A stretch of 64,000 nt of DNA, from assembly GCA_963706325.1 (NCBI GenBank), contig CAVPLT010000001.1, forward strand, positions 384,001 through 448,000. Direction: 5' to 3'. Positions 41,880 to 51,798 of this stretch are shown in pieces. The notes beneath the pieces were generated by a model. The model saw only the letters and a list, made by a program, of their open reading frames with translations. It searched no databases and was not told the DNA's origin. The position numbers were made by a program, and so were the translations under genes. Position 1 is the first letter of the stretch. Each line of letters begins with the position of its first letter. Source of the stretch: an uncultured Nitrospiraceae bacterium. GTDB taxonomy: Bacteria; Nitrospirota; Nitrospiria; Nitrospirales; Nitrospiraceae.

Positions 41880-43631
41880 ATGCCTGTCTCCCTCCAATCC
41901 GCCGGGCCTTCGCTGGCCGCTACCCTGTCCGGACCGCGTCGCGCGCTGTTCTGGATGGTTGTGGCACTGCTCGTGATCTCTCCCGTCGTAGCGTGTGAAC
42001 TGCTGCTGCGCGTCAGCGGTGTCCGGATCGCCGATGACCCATACCTGAATTTCGGCCAGGTTGATTCGTACTTTGTCCAGAAAGACATCGACGGGCAGCC
42101 CCATCATCAGGTGGCCAGCCGGGAAGTGTATCGCGAACGCAATACCGTGTTTCCGATCCGGAAGCCCACGAACACGTTTCGCGTGTTTTGCCTAGGCGGA
42201 TCCGCCAGCGCCGGATGGCCCCATCCGCCGGAAGAAATTTATAGCCGCTACTTGCAGCGCGCCTTGGAAGAGGCCTATCCGCAACAGACGATCGAAGTCC
42301 TCAACGTCAGCGCCCATGCCTATGCGGCCTACCGTGTCCGCCTGATCTTTCAGGAAGTCATCGAATTCGAACCGGATCTGATTGTCATCTATAGCGGTAA
42401 CAACGAATTTCTTGAAAAACGGGTCTATCGCGAAGAGCCCGCCTGGTTTGAGCCGGTCACGACGGCCCTGAATCGACTGCACCTGGTCCGGCGGGTCAAG
42501 GGAAGCTCGCTGGGACGCAGGCTGTGGCCGGAGAACACCCTCCTGGCGGACGAACGCCAGCATGTCGCCTACGAACAGTGGTCGAAGATCGAACAGCTCG
42601 CGCTGGATCTTCGTCAGAAGCCCGCGCAATACCAACAGGTGAAGAACCATTACACATTCAGTATTCAGTCGATGGTGGAAACCGCCCAGCAGCGGAAGGT
42701 GCCGGTCATCCTCGTCTCGGTTCCGGTCAACCTGCGCGAGTGGCATCCCAATGTGTCCCATCAACCCCTCCAAGGGCCGACACTTCAGTCGTGGGAGCGT
42801 CTCTATCGGAGCGGCAAGGGACTTCTGTTGCAAGGTGATGCCTCAGGCGCAGCCCGCCGGTTACAGGAGGCCGCCGTACTCGCTCCATTCCATGCAGAAA
42901 CGCACTTTGCCCTCGGACAGGCCCTGGAGCGCTCCGGCGCCTATGAGTCTGCGCTTCAGTCATACAGTCGCGCGTGCGATCTGGATTACAACCCGTTTCG
43001 TGCCCCGTCGGATCTGAATCAGATTCTCAGGCAGATCGCGGGGCGATACGACAACGTCTCGCTCGCCGACGCCGAGCAGGCATTTCTTGCGGCCAGCGCA
43101 CCGCTCACTCCCGGGTTCGACCTGTTTCTGGATTATGTGCATCCGACAACGCGCGGCAATCTGCTCCTTGCGAAAACCGTCTACGAGCAAATCATCTCCC
43201 GCGGCCTCCTCGGCCCCCCTGCCGTCGGCGTCCCCTCCTTGTTAGCCGGGAGATCAGCCGCTTCCGTCGGGGAACAAGGCTACGACGAACGACGAGACTT
43301 TTCGATGCAGGGCGTGATGGTCCGGCTGTTCGTGATGATGCACCAGCATGAAAGCGCGGTAGCAAAGGCTCGGGCCCTGTGGAATGAGCCTGGCGCACTA
43401 GAGGCACTCCGCCGCAAGGAGGACGGCAAGTTGATCGAAGATGTCCTGCGCGTGCTTCCCGGCGTCATCGAGCACGAACGCAACCTGGCGCTTGGCCTGG
43501 CGGTCGACGAGAGTCAACGGCAGCAACTGGCTGCTCGCCTGAAAACGTTTTACCGCGATAACTTCGGGGGGTATGAGGAATTCCGAACGACGGTCAAAAC
43601 AGACGCGGAATCAATTTCTCCAGCGACGTGA
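41880..43631 (+). CDS. Membrane-anchored SGNH hydrolase-like protein with TPR repeats
   Basis: LGGSASAG, YSGNNEF, TPR (AETHFALGQAL...A...Y.RA) and DYVHP. Confidence 0.82.
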   Translation: MPVSLQSAGPSLAATLSGPRRALFWMVVALLVISPVVACELLLRVSGVRIADDPYLNFGQVDSYFVQKDIDGQPHHQVASREVYRERNTVFPIRKPTNTFRVFCLGGSASAGWPHPPEEIYSRYLQRALEEAYPQQTIEVLNVSAHAYAAYRVRLIFQEVIEFEPDLIVIYSGNNEFLEKRVYREEPAWFEPVTTALNRLHLVRRVKGSSLGRRLWPENTLLADERQHVAYEQWSKIEQLALDLRQKPAQYQQVKNHYTFSIQSMVETAQQRKVPVILVSVPVNLREWHPNVSHQPLQGPTLQSWERLYRSGKGLLLQGDASGAARRLQEAAVLAPFHAETHFALGQALERSGAYESALQSYSRACDLDYNPFRAPSDLNQILRQIAGRYDNVSLADAEQAFLAASAPLTPGFDLFLDYVHPTTRGNLLLAKTVYEQIISRGLLGPPAVGVPSLLAGRSAASVGEQGYDERRDFSMQGVMVRLFVMMHQHESAVAKARALWNEPGALEALRRKEDGKLIEDVLRVLPGVIEHERNLALGLAVDESQRQQLAARLKTFYRDNFGGYEEFRTTVKTDAESISPAT

Positions 43632-43760
43632 CGACACATTGCCGGTCCCGATCGGGATCCGCGATTTCGAGCTTGAAGCAGCCATGGTTTCGGAGCACAC
43701 TTATCCGACGATCACATGTTGCTTCATCGCATCAGGCCAACGCGGAGCGGACCGATCGAG

Positions 43761-44627
43761 ATGTTCTTCGCGCAATGGCTTTGGGTTCTCAGCGCTTTTG
43801 TAACCCTGTGTTCCCCTCTCGTACCCGCCGCGGCGCAGCAATCTCGCCCAACCGATGAGATCACCAAGCTTGCGGAAGACGTTTATCTCTTCCGGCATCA
43901 AGCTCACCAATCTATCTTTGTGGTGACCCCAGACGGGGTAGCCGTGACCGATCCGATCAGTCTTGAGGCCGCTACATGGTTGAAATCGGAAATCGCGAAG
44001 ATGACCGATCAGCCGGTGCGGTATGTGATCTATAGTCATCACCATAACGACCACATTACCGGAGGCCGGGTCTTTGCTGACCAAGCCATCTTTGTCAGCC
44101 ATCAGGCCGCACAGCCTAAAATCCTCGCAGCGGCCGATTCCACGACGCCGGTTCCACAGCTGACCTTCACCGATCGTATGACGATTCACCTGGGTGGCAA
44201 GTCTATTGACCTGATCTACACCGGCAGGAACCATTCGGATAACAGCCTCGTGGTCCTCCTGCCGCAGAACAAACTACTCTTCGCCGTCGACTTCATCCCA
44301 GTCGAGAGCGTCGCGTACCGTGCTTTGCCGGATGGCTATCCTGATGAATGGGTCGAGTCGCTGAAGCAGATCGAACGATTAGACTTCGATACGCTGGTGC
44401 CTGGGCATGGCAAGGTCGGCAAGAAAGATCATGCGCGGCTGTTTCGGGAATACCTCGAAGCGCTCCGCGCAGCCGTGAGCGAGCAGATTCAAGCAGGCGC
44501 GAGCCTGGAGGTCGCCAAGAAAAGCGTCCGGCTTCCCACATACGAACGGTGGTCCGGTTACTCCGACTGGTTCACCGAGAATGTCGAAGGCATGTATCGG
44601 CATCTGTCGCCGCAGTCGAAACAATAG
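43761..44627 (+). CDS. Exported MBL-fold metallo-hydrolase
   Basis: SHHHNDH, NHSD, D and VPGHG; signal peptide. Confidence 0.88.
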   Translation: MFFAQWLWVLSAFVTLCSPLVPAAAQQSRPTDEITKLAEDVYLFRHQAHQSIFVVTPDGVAVTDPISLEAATWLKSEIAKMTDQPVRYVIYSHHHNDHITGGRVFADQAIFVSHQAAQPKILAAADSTTPVPQLTFTDRMTIHLGGKSIDLIYTGRNHSDNSLVVLLPQNKLLFAVDFIPVESVAYRALPDGYPDEWVESLKQIERLDFDTLVPGHGKVGKKDHARLFREYLEALRAAVSEQIQAGASLEVAKKSVRLPTYERWSGYSDWFTENVEGMYRHLSPQSKQ

Positions 44628-44867
44628 CCGCATCGTTCCCGCCACTCGGCCTTCATCACACCCACTTCTGCGGCCGCTCGTGATCATCCCTACTGGGTCG
44701 GTAAAGAAGAGTAATCGGCCCTGGTAAACCGCGGAACGACCAGTTTTGCAGGCGCTGTCTTCAGAGGGTGGGAGGACTGCGAGGGCGGGAAATGTCTGGT
44801 CACTGCATGACCCTCAGACCAGAGCGCCAGGCAAAGACCAGAAACTGCATGGCCGGCGATGCGGCTG

Positions 44868-44981
44868 CTAAGGCTTCTTCTTTTTCTTGTCGTTCGAGTT
44901 GTCGGAGAAGAGCAACCATGCGAGGACAACGAAGCCGATCGCGACGCCCGTAACTGCCAGCCATGTGCCGAGTTTATCCAT
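44868..44981 (-). CDS. 37-aa single-TM micropeptide (MDKLGTWLAVTGVAIGFVVLAWLLFSDNSNDKKKKKP)
   Basis: ATG overlaps the ybgC stop (TAATG); TM helix followed by a poly-Lys tail. Confidence 0.6.
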   Translation of the reverse strand: MDKLGTWLAVTGVAIGFVVLAWLLFSDNSNDKKKKKP

Positions 44982-45382
44982 TAAGCCCTCGTCTGTGGAG
45001 GTCCTTGTAACGAAGCCAGGGTGAATGTATCGAGACGTGTCACTTTCAACTGATCGTCCACGGTCACCAGCTTGGCCGACCCTTCGACTACCAAGCGCCC
45101 GCTGGTCCGTTCCCGCAAGACATGGGCAAACGTGATGGACGCTTGGCCGACCGCCGCCAGTTTCGTCTCGACGACTAATGTGTCACCATACCGGGCAGGC
45201 GACCGATAGTCCAGCTCCGCATGCACGACCACAAACTGCGTGCCCTGATCTCGTAGCTTCACCACCGAGACACCCCGTGCATCGAGATACTCGGTCCTCG
45301 CCCGTTCAAAATACTTCAAATAATTTGCGTAATACACCACACCGCCGCAATCAGTATCTTCATAGTAGATTCTAATTTCCAT
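44981..45382 (-). CDS. ybgC: YbgC/FadM-family acyl-CoA thioesterase
   Basis: RIYYEDTD.GGVVYYANYLKYFERARTE signature. Confidence 0.9.
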   Translation of the reverse strand: MEIRIYYEDTDCGGVVYYANYLKYFERARTEYLDARGVSVVKLRDQGTQFVVVHAELDYRSPARYGDTLVVETKLAAVGQASITFAHVLRERTSGRLVVEGSAKLVTVDDQLKVTRLDTFTLASLQGPPQTRA

Positions 45383-45427
45383 GGGAGCGGATGGCTGATG
45401 ACGGACAGGCGTTGCGCGACGGTCTCG

Positions 45428-46681
45428 TTACAAATTCAGAATCGGGAATTTGGGCAGTGATGACTCGCTCATGCCGGTGAGCTTCATCACGACGTCGGAC
45501 AGCTGCTGCACCCGCTCGGCTTTGATGACCTCGAAACCGTGGCCGAGAATGGCATGGTGGGCCGCATCGAGCAGTGGCTTCATTTTGGGCCAGTCTCGCA
45601 AAAAGGCCTGCCCCATCTGGTCGCCCAGACCGGCCAGGACCCGGAACTGTCCCTGCAACGGCAACTTGTACTTGCCGTCCACATCGTCCAGATAACAGGT
45701 GCGACAGGTCTCCCGCAGGGCTTCGGGTAGCTGCTCCGGTTGCACATCCCAGGTCTTGATCTGGTACTGCTTGAATAACTGCCGCTGGGCGCAGGCTTCC
45801 AATGCCCGAAGAAGAGCCATCATGGCCCGTTCAGGATCGTGATCATGGGCTCGACGGTGCGCATGGGCCAGCAGATCGAGCGAGACACCTTCCTTCACCT
45901 CGGCCGGGTCGAGAACGAGTCTCTCCAGAAATCCGCTGTTGGCTTTGAGAAAAGGCAATAGGGATTTCAGCCCCGGCGGCCCGCCCCAGAGCGACGCCAT
46001 ATCGAGCGCCTTCAGCGAGGCCTTGAGCTTCTCCCAGGCTTGTCGATAGTGAAATTGTTCCCACAACGCATACCCCAGCGCGAGATCACCCAAGGCGCGG
46101 TAGAGCGGTTTCTGTCCGCCGCTCACGCGAGCCTCCAACGTATGAAACAACGTGGCCGCCGCTCTAAACGACCCATGATTGAACGCCGCACAGGCCTCCC
46201 GGCGCACGCCGACCGCTGCATCGTCCCAGGGATTTCCTTGGAGCCAGCGCTTGGTATGGCCGTCGATGACAATTCCCTCGCCGCCTTCCTGGTCTTTTGC
46301 ATCAACCAGGCTAATGACGCGTGAGGTCCAGGGTTGACAGGCTGAGGCCAGGGCCGCGGCCATGGCCGAGGTGGCCCCGGTCAAATCAACTACCACATCC
46401 CCCACTTGCACATCCCAGGCTTGAAAGAGATCCTGGATCGTCCGTGACAGGGCCTGATGACAGGCGATGACGTCTGCGGGATCCGGTGTGGCGACCCAGT
46501 CCCATCGCTTCGGCATCTGCTGCACCAGCGGCTGCACGGCCTCTTCAACTTGTGCTTTCGCCGACTCCGGCACAAAGAAACAGAGCAATTCCGGCTGCAA
46601 CCGGTTGATCACATAGGCAGCGAGCGACGGCGCATCGGTGAAGGCAAGGATCAGCGCTTTGACTGGGATATCCGGTGGCAT
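45428..46681 (-). CDS. Orphan TIGR02710-like CARF-domain protein with degenerate HEPN-like C-terminus
   Basis: CARF-like VVVDLTGATSAM, NPW, FN...F.AA and Y..W..F; C-terminal AHHAILGHGF aligns with the RN.S.LAHG HEPN motif. Confidence 0.75.
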   Translation of the reverse strand: MPPDIPVKALILAFTDAPSLAAYVINRLQPELLCFFVPESAKAQVEEAVQPLVQQMPKRWDWVATPDPADVIACHQALSRTIQDLFQAWDVQVGDVVVDLTGATSAMAAALASACQPWTSRVISLVDAKDQEGGEGIVIDGHTKRWLQGNPWDDAAVGVRREACAAFNHGSFRAAATLFHTLEARVSGGQKPLYRALGDLALGYALWEQFHYRQAWEKLKASLKALDMASLWGGPPGLKSLLPFLKANSGFLERLVLDPAEVKEGVSLDLLAHAHRRAHDHDPERAMMALLRALEACAQRQLFKQYQIKTWDVQPEQLPEALRETCRTCYLDDVDGKYKLPLQGQFRVLAGLGDQMGQAFLRDWPKMKPLLDAAHHAILGHGFEVIKAERVQQLSDVVMKLTGMSESSLPKFPILNL

Positions 46682-46742
46682 ATCGTCGAACTATATCACC
46701 GCACTCCGCACCGGTTCAACGAACGATCTTGGCTGACTATCC

Positions 46743-46771
46743 TTGACCCTCTCGACAAAGACGCCTAGACT
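46743..46771 (+). promoter_or_regulatory. Sigma70-type promoter for nfeD-SPFH
   Basis: TTGACC-N17-TAGACT. Confidence 0.55.
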
Positions 46772-46814
46772 TCGCCCAATATTGATTTCGCCTCCTCTTC
46801 TGCGCGAGTACGAT

Positions 46815-47249
46815 GTGACTTGGTGGATCTGGGCATTTCTTGGATTGATCCTGCTGGGCGTGGAGATTTCCACGCCGGGCGGTTTCTACATTCTCTTTTT
46901 CGGACTCTCCGCACTCGTGGTGGCCGCCCTCGTGGGCTTTGGATTGGCTGATGCGGAATGGTTCCAGTGGCTGCTCTTTTCGGCCCTGTCCGTGGCCTCG
47001 CTGCTCATCTTCCGCGGCCCTATGCTCAAAATGATCAGGTCGCACGACGTCGCCGGACCAGCCATCGATACGATGGTCGGTGAGATCGCCATGCCGTTGG
47101 AGGATTTGGCCTCGGGCAGCACAGGCAAGGCCGAATGCCGGGGAACGGCTTGGACCGCGCATAATCCAGGCCCAGTCGAGCTGGTGAAGGGTCAACGCAC
47201 GGTGGTCGAACGGGTCGAGGGATTGGCCCTCTGGCTGAAACCGGAATAG
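46815..47249 (+). CDS. NfeD-family membrane protein
   Basis: TM helices plus a C-terminal OB-like G....RGT.W.A segment; adjacent to the SPFH gene. Confidence 0.88.
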   Translation: MTWWIWAFLGLILLGVEISTPGGFYILFFGLSALVVAALVGFGLADAEWFQWLLFSALSVASLLIFRGPMLKMIRSHDVAGPAIDTMVGEIAMPLEDLASGSTGKAECRGTAWTAHNPGPVELVKGQRTVVERVEGLALWLKPE

Positions 47250-47282
47250 AAGGACTGGGTATTTGCGATGGAGGAATCGAAT

Positions 47283-48221
47283 ATGTCCGGTGGATTGATG
47301 GTCATGGTCTTCCTCGCGTTCCTGGTGGTGCTGGTCATCGCCAAGACCGCCCGCATCGTGCCCCAACAAAGCGCCTACGTGGTCGAGCGATTGGGCCGCT
47401 ACTCACGAACGTTAGGCGCCGGATTCCACATTCTGATTCCATTCATCGATGTGGTCCAATATAAGCACTCCCTCAAAGAAACCGCCGTCGACATCCCCGA
47501 ACAGATCTGCATCACGCGAGACAACGTGCAGGTCGGGGTCGACGGCGTCCTCTACCTCAAGGTTCTCGACGCCCAACGCGCCTCTTACGGGATCAGCGAT
47601 CACCGCTTCGCCATTTCCCAGTTGGCCCAGACGACCTTGCGCAGCGAAATCGGCAAAATCGATCTCGACCGGACATTCGAGGAACGCACCAACATCAACA
47701 CGCAGGTCGTCAACGAGCTCGACAAGGCGTCGGAACCCTGGGGCATCAAAGTGCTCCGATATGAAATCAAGAACATCACCCCTCCCAAGGACATCCTGAA
47801 CGCCATGGAAAAACAGATGCGGGCGGAACGGGAAAAACGCGCCGTCATCCTGGCGTCAGAAGGAGAGCGGGATGCCGCCATCAATCAGGCGGAAGGCACG
47901 AAGCAACAAGTGATCAAGGCCTCAGAGGCCAGAAAGCAACAGCAGATCAATGAAGCGGAAGGCGCCGCGTCGGCCATTACGGCCATCGCCACGGCCACGG
48001 CTGAAGGCCTTAGAAAAGTCGCCGAATCGACGCAGATTCCCGGCGGCTATGAAGCGATCCAACTGCGGGTCGCAGAACAGTACATCGGCAAGTTCGGCGA
48101 GTTGGCAAAATCCAGCAACACCCTGGTCTTGCCGGCGAATGTCGCCGACGTGGGTTCGATGCTGGCGTTGGCTATGAACATGATCACCAAGAGAACCTCG
48201 CCAACCCCGCCCACGAGGTAA
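47283..48221 (+). CDS. SPFH/stomatin-like protein (QmcA/paraslipin)
   Basis: VVERLGRY, ITRDNV, QLAQTTLRSEIG and QMRAEREKRA. Confidence 0.93.
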   Translation: MSGGLMVMVFLAFLVVLVIAKTARIVPQQSAYVVERLGRYSRTLGAGFHILIPFIDVVQYKHSLKETAVDIPEQICITRDNVQVGVDGVLYLKVLDAQRASYGISDHRFAISQLAQTTLRSEIGKIDLDRTFEERTNINTQVVNELDKASEPWGIKVLRYEIKNITPPKDILNAMEKQMRAEREKRAVILASEGERDAAINQAEGTKQQVIKASEARKQQQINEAEGAASAITAIATATAEGLRKVAESTQIPGGYEAIQLRVAEQYIGKFGELAKSSNTLVLPANVADVGSMLALAMNMITKRTSPTPPTR

Positions 48222-48239
48222 ACGGCAGCGCGGTCTCGT

Positions 48240-48268
48240 TTGACAGTGAGTCGAGGCTTCCCTACAAT
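48240..48268 (+). promoter_or_regulatory. Near-consensus sigma70 promoter; probably gives a leaderless gmhA mRNA
   Basis: TTGACA-N17-TACAAT, with ATG 7 nt after the -10 element and no SD sequence. Confidence 0.7.
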
Positions 48269-48275
48269 TCCGCTC

Positions 48276-48854
48276 ATGAAAGATTTCGTCATCAAGGCTT
48301 TCGACGAGAGCGCCGACGTCAAGCGACGATTTGCCCGAGACCATGCCGAAAAGATCGCACAGGTCGCGCAGCTCATGGGACAGGCCTTCAGGGAGGGACA
48401 CAAAGTGCTGCTGTTCGGCAACGGGGGCAGCGCCACCGATGCCGCGCACATGGCCGCCGAATTCGTCGGCCGTTATAAGCGGGAACGCGCTCCCTTGCCG
48501 GCTATTGCCCTCGCTACCGATATCGCCGCCATCACCTGCATCGCCAACGACTACGGCTTTGAGGCGCTGTTCGCCCGTCAAGTGCTGGCCCACGGCCGTA
48601 AGGGAGATATCGCAATCGCCATCAGCACCAGCGGCAATTCGCCGAACGTCCTCAAAGGCATCGAAGCCGCCAGATCCTTGAACATGACCACGATCGCTTG
48701 GACCGGCGGATCCGGCGGCAAGCTGGCCGGCCTCGCGGACTATGCGTTCGTCGTTCCATCGACCATCACCGCCCGCATCCAGGAAAGCCACATCACGCTG
48801 GCCCACGTGCTGTGCGAACTCATCGAGGATCAGGTTCTTGCCAATCCGGCGTAA
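48276..48854 (+). CDS. gmhA: Phosphoheptose (sedoheptulose-7-P) isomerase
   Basis: GNGGSA.DA.H, NDYG, STSGNS and RIQE.H. Confidence 0.95.
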   Translation: MKDFVIKAFDESADVKRRFARDHAEKIAQVAQLMGQAFREGHKVLLFGNGGSATDAAHMAAEFVGRYKRERAPLPAIALATDIAAITCIANDYGFEALFARQVLAHGRKGDIAIAISTSGNSPNVLKGIEAARSLNMTTIAWTGGSGGKLAGLADYAFVVPSTITARIQESHITLAHVLCELIEDQVLANPA

Positions 48855-48885
48855 GCGCCCCAAAGCACCCTCCGTTCCTCGTGCG

Positions 48886-49836
48886 ATGATCCCGCCGATC
48901 GATACGTCGCGACTCAAGACCTACCCTCTCCAGCGTCGCCACAGCAAGGTCCAAGTGTCGAATTTTGCCAAGGCTTGGACCAAAGGCCGATCGTTCGCGC
49001 GCTTCCTCGACTCGCTTCCGGATATTCTGGCAGTCAAAACATTGCGCGAGGTGGCGAAGGCCATTGCGACGGCCCATCGACGGGGCAGGCCGGTCATTGT
49101 GGGCATGGGTGCCCATGTGGTGAAGGTCGGGTTAGGCCCGCTCCTGGTGGATCTCATGGAGCGCGGCATCGTCACCGCGCTCGCCATGAACGGCGCCGTC
49201 ATCATCCATGACTTCGAATTGGCGTTCATGGGACACACGTCCGAGGAGGTCGATGCCGAGATCGACTCCGGTCGATTCGGCATGGCGGAAGAAACTGGTC
49301 GCATGTTGAACGAGGCCATCACGTGGGGGATGAAAGAAGGTCAGGGTCTTGGCGAATCGCTCGGCCTGTACATCAATCGGCATAAACAACAGTTTCCGCA
49401 TCGCGCCACGAGCTTGCTCGCAACCGGAGCGAGACTGGGCCTCCCCGTCACGGTACATGTGGCCATTGGCACCGACATCATCCACATGCATCCATCTGCC
49501 GACGGCGCTGCGATCGGAGCAGGATCGTTGCTGGATTTTCGCCGCCTGACAGCCGTCGTCTCCGGGATGGAAGGCGGGGTGTACCTCAATCTGGGTTCCG
49601 CCGTAATCTTGCCGGAAGTGTTCCTGAAAGCCGTGTCCCTTGGCAGAAACCTTGGCCATCCGCTGACGAACATCACGACGGTGAATATGGATTTCCTGAC
49701 GCACTATCGTCCCATGACCAACGTCGTCCGCCGCCCCACCCAGAAAGGCGGCAAGGGGTACGCCCTGACCGGCCATCACGAGATCATGGTGCCGCTATTG
49801 GCCGCCGCTGTGCTTGAGGAACTGGCCGGTCGCTGA
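48886..49836 (+). CDS. Conserved protein, deoxyhypusine-synthase-like fold
   Basis: GMGAHVVKVGL, MNGA..IHDFE, GTDIIH.HP, GSAVILPEVFLKA and GHHEIM.P. Confidence 0.7.
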   Translation: MIPPIDTSRLKTYPLQRRHSKVQVSNFAKAWTKGRSFARFLDSLPDILAVKTLREVAKAIATAHRRGRPVIVGMGAHVVKVGLGPLLVDLMERGIVTALAMNGAVIIHDFELAFMGHTSEEVDAEIDSGRFGMAEETGRMLNEAITWGMKEGQGLGESLGLYINRHKQQFPHRATSLLATGARLGLPVTVHVAIGTDIIHMHPSADGAAIGAGSLLDFRRLTAVVSGMEGGVYLNLGSAVILPEVFLKAVSLGRNLGHPLTNITTVNMDFLTHYRPMTNVVRRPTQKGGKGYALTGHHEIMVPLLAAAVLEELAGR

Positions 49837-49884
49837 ACCAGATCGTCCGGCGTCATCTACGATCGCGCGAAACGAGAGCACGCT

Positions 49885-50518
49885 GTGAGCACCAAGTTGC
49901 CCTCACCTGAGCCGCTGCTGACCCTCTGGGCCGATCTCAACTCCCGCTATTTCCGTGAGGCCTTGCCGCCCATTCGCATCGAATGGAGTCGGCGACTCAC
50001 CTCCTCGGCCGGTATGTTCTGTGTGCCGAATCGGCCCGAGGCATCCCTTCGCGCGTGTAGCCGACGAACACAACCGCCGACGTTGCATCAAACTTTCGGC
50101 CGTCCTGCTGCGGGGACAGGAATTCCGTCAAGACCACGAAACCTTGACGACGCTGGCGCATGAAATGATCCATCAGTGGCAATACGATATTTTGAAACGT
50201 CGCCCGAATCATGGACTGGACTTTCGACGCATGATGGCACGGATGAATGAAGATGGGCTCGGCATCACGATCTACCATTCCCTCGGCAAAGAAGTGGCGG
50301 CTCTGGCCAAATATGCTTGGCGCTGCCAGCACTGCGGCTCCATCTACCGGCGGCAGCGCCGAAGCATTCAACCTCGACGGCATTCCTGCGGCGCCTGCCG
50401 GGGACCGTTGCGCGAGTTGGCGATTGTGCAAGACGAAATGAAGCTGGAATTGGAACCGGCGCCGACAGCGACCGTTACCGCTGGTCCACAACTGATCCTT
50501 CCTTTCCGCAGAACGTAG
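49885..50518 (+). CDS. SprT-family zinc metalloprotease, frameshift near 50020
   Basis: LNSRYF, WS.RLTSSAG, TLAHEMIH, HG..F and a C-terminal CxxC...CxxC. Confidence 0.85.
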
Positions 50519-50525
50519 GACACAC

Positions 50526-51719
50526 ATGTCCGCACGATGGCTACGCCAGGTCCTCTTCGGTGATATCGACGCGATGTTTGCTTCTGCCGCCGTCCTGGCT
50601 GACCCATCACTCGCAGGAAAGCCGGTCGCGGTCGGTGGTCCGCCACCTCGTGGCATCATCGCCGCCGCCAGCTACGAAGTCCGCCGGTTCGGAGTTCACT
50701 CCGCCATGCCGACCATCCAGGCCATGCGGCTCTGCCCTCAGCTCCTCCTCGTGCCGCCCGATCGACCGTTGTATAACCGCTTGCACCATGAGCTGCAGGC
50801 CGTGACGGATAGGTTCTTCCCTGAAACCGAGTGGACCAGTGTCGATGAGTTTTATACGGATACGACCAGGCTGCAAACTCGCCATCCCGATCCCAGACAG
50901 TTGGGGCTGGCGCTCAAGTCAGAGATCACCCGCGCGACGGGATTGACCTGTACGGTCGCCCTGGCCTCCGGGAAAGCTGTCGCGAAGATCGCGGCCGACG
51001 CGCACAAGCCCGATGGGCTGGCAGTGATTGAGCCGGGCGCCGAAGCGGCATTTCTCGCCCCGCTACCGATCCAGTCTTTGCCGGGCATGGGCCCCAAATC
51101 CACCGAGGCTGTCCAGCGCCTGGGAGTGCACGTCATCGGCGATTTGCTTGTGCCTCGCTTCGAATCGATACTTTTCCGCCTATTCGGCACTAGGCTGGCA
51201 GCGCTGCAATCGCTCGCCCGCGGGGTGGACACCGATGCGGTCGTGGCAGATCGTGAGACAAAAAGCATGAGCCATGAGACGACGTTCGATGAAGACACCG
51301 ACGATCTGGCGATGCTGGAACCGATTGTCCACGGCTTTCTCGAACAGCTGACCCACGATCTTCGCATGGAGGGACTGGCAGCCCGTTCCTTCACGGTCAA
51401 GTTGAAAGACACTCGATTTCGCATCACCACCCGGCAGAGAACATTCCCGACGCCGTTGAATTACGACCCGGATATGTGGCCGGACATCCGCCGTGCGCTC
51501 GCAGAGTTATTACAACCGGGATCACGGTACCGGCTGGTGGGGCTGGGACTCTCGGATCTGCTCCCGGCCCCGGAACCGCTCTTCGACCGGCGGCAACGCG
51601 ACGCCGTCGCTATTCTGGACCGGCTGATTGAACGACATGGCATCGGCGTGGTTCGTCTCGGAGGGCTTCCGCAAACTGCCGAAGGCATGACGAAGCGGGG
51701 GCATCGCCGGGAAGACTGA
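50526..51719 (+). CDS. dinB: DNA polymerase IV (Y family)
   Basis: [27 protein letters not shown] and AKIA...KPDG. Confidence 0.93.
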   Translation: MSARWLRQVLFGDIDAMFASAAVLADPSLAGKPVAVGGPPPRGIIAAASYEVRRFGVHSAMPTIQAMRLCPQLLLVPPDRPLYNRLHHELQAVTDRFFPETEWTSVDEFYTDTTRLQTRHPDPRQLGLALKSEITRATGLTCTVALASGKAVAKIAADAHKPDGLAVIEPGAEAAFLAPLPIQSLPGMGPKSTEAVQRLGVHVIGDLLVPRFESILFRLFGTRLAALQSLARGVDTDAVVADRETKSMSHETTFDEDTDDLAMLEPIVHGFLEQLTHDLRMEGLAARSFTVKLKDTRFRITTRQRTFPTPLNYDPDMWPDIRRALAELLQPGSRYRLVGLGLSDLLPAPEPLFDRRQRDAVAILDRLIERHGIGVVRLGGLPQTAEGMTKRGHRRED

Positions 51720-51798
51720 GGTCTATCGCACAATGAGTCAGGCATTGCTTCGCGGGCGGCCTCCCCCTAAGATGGGATTCGGATCGACACCAACTTGT

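Noticed and set aside
44626..44866. 10-bp inverted repeat (AGCCGCATCG) bracketing the gap between convergent genes; possible MITE or ncRNA
   Set aside because: Short, GC-rich, single occurrence with no target duplication; compatible with chance.
34000..45000. Genomic island or prophage
   Set aside because: No integrase, tRNA, att repeats or phage genes seen; only an accessory-looking gene mix.
8424..46681. CorA-like and CARF genes forming a single CRISPR-type signalling system
   Set aside because: They are 35 kb apart, separated by housekeeping genes, with no cas10, NrN or SAM lyase nearby.
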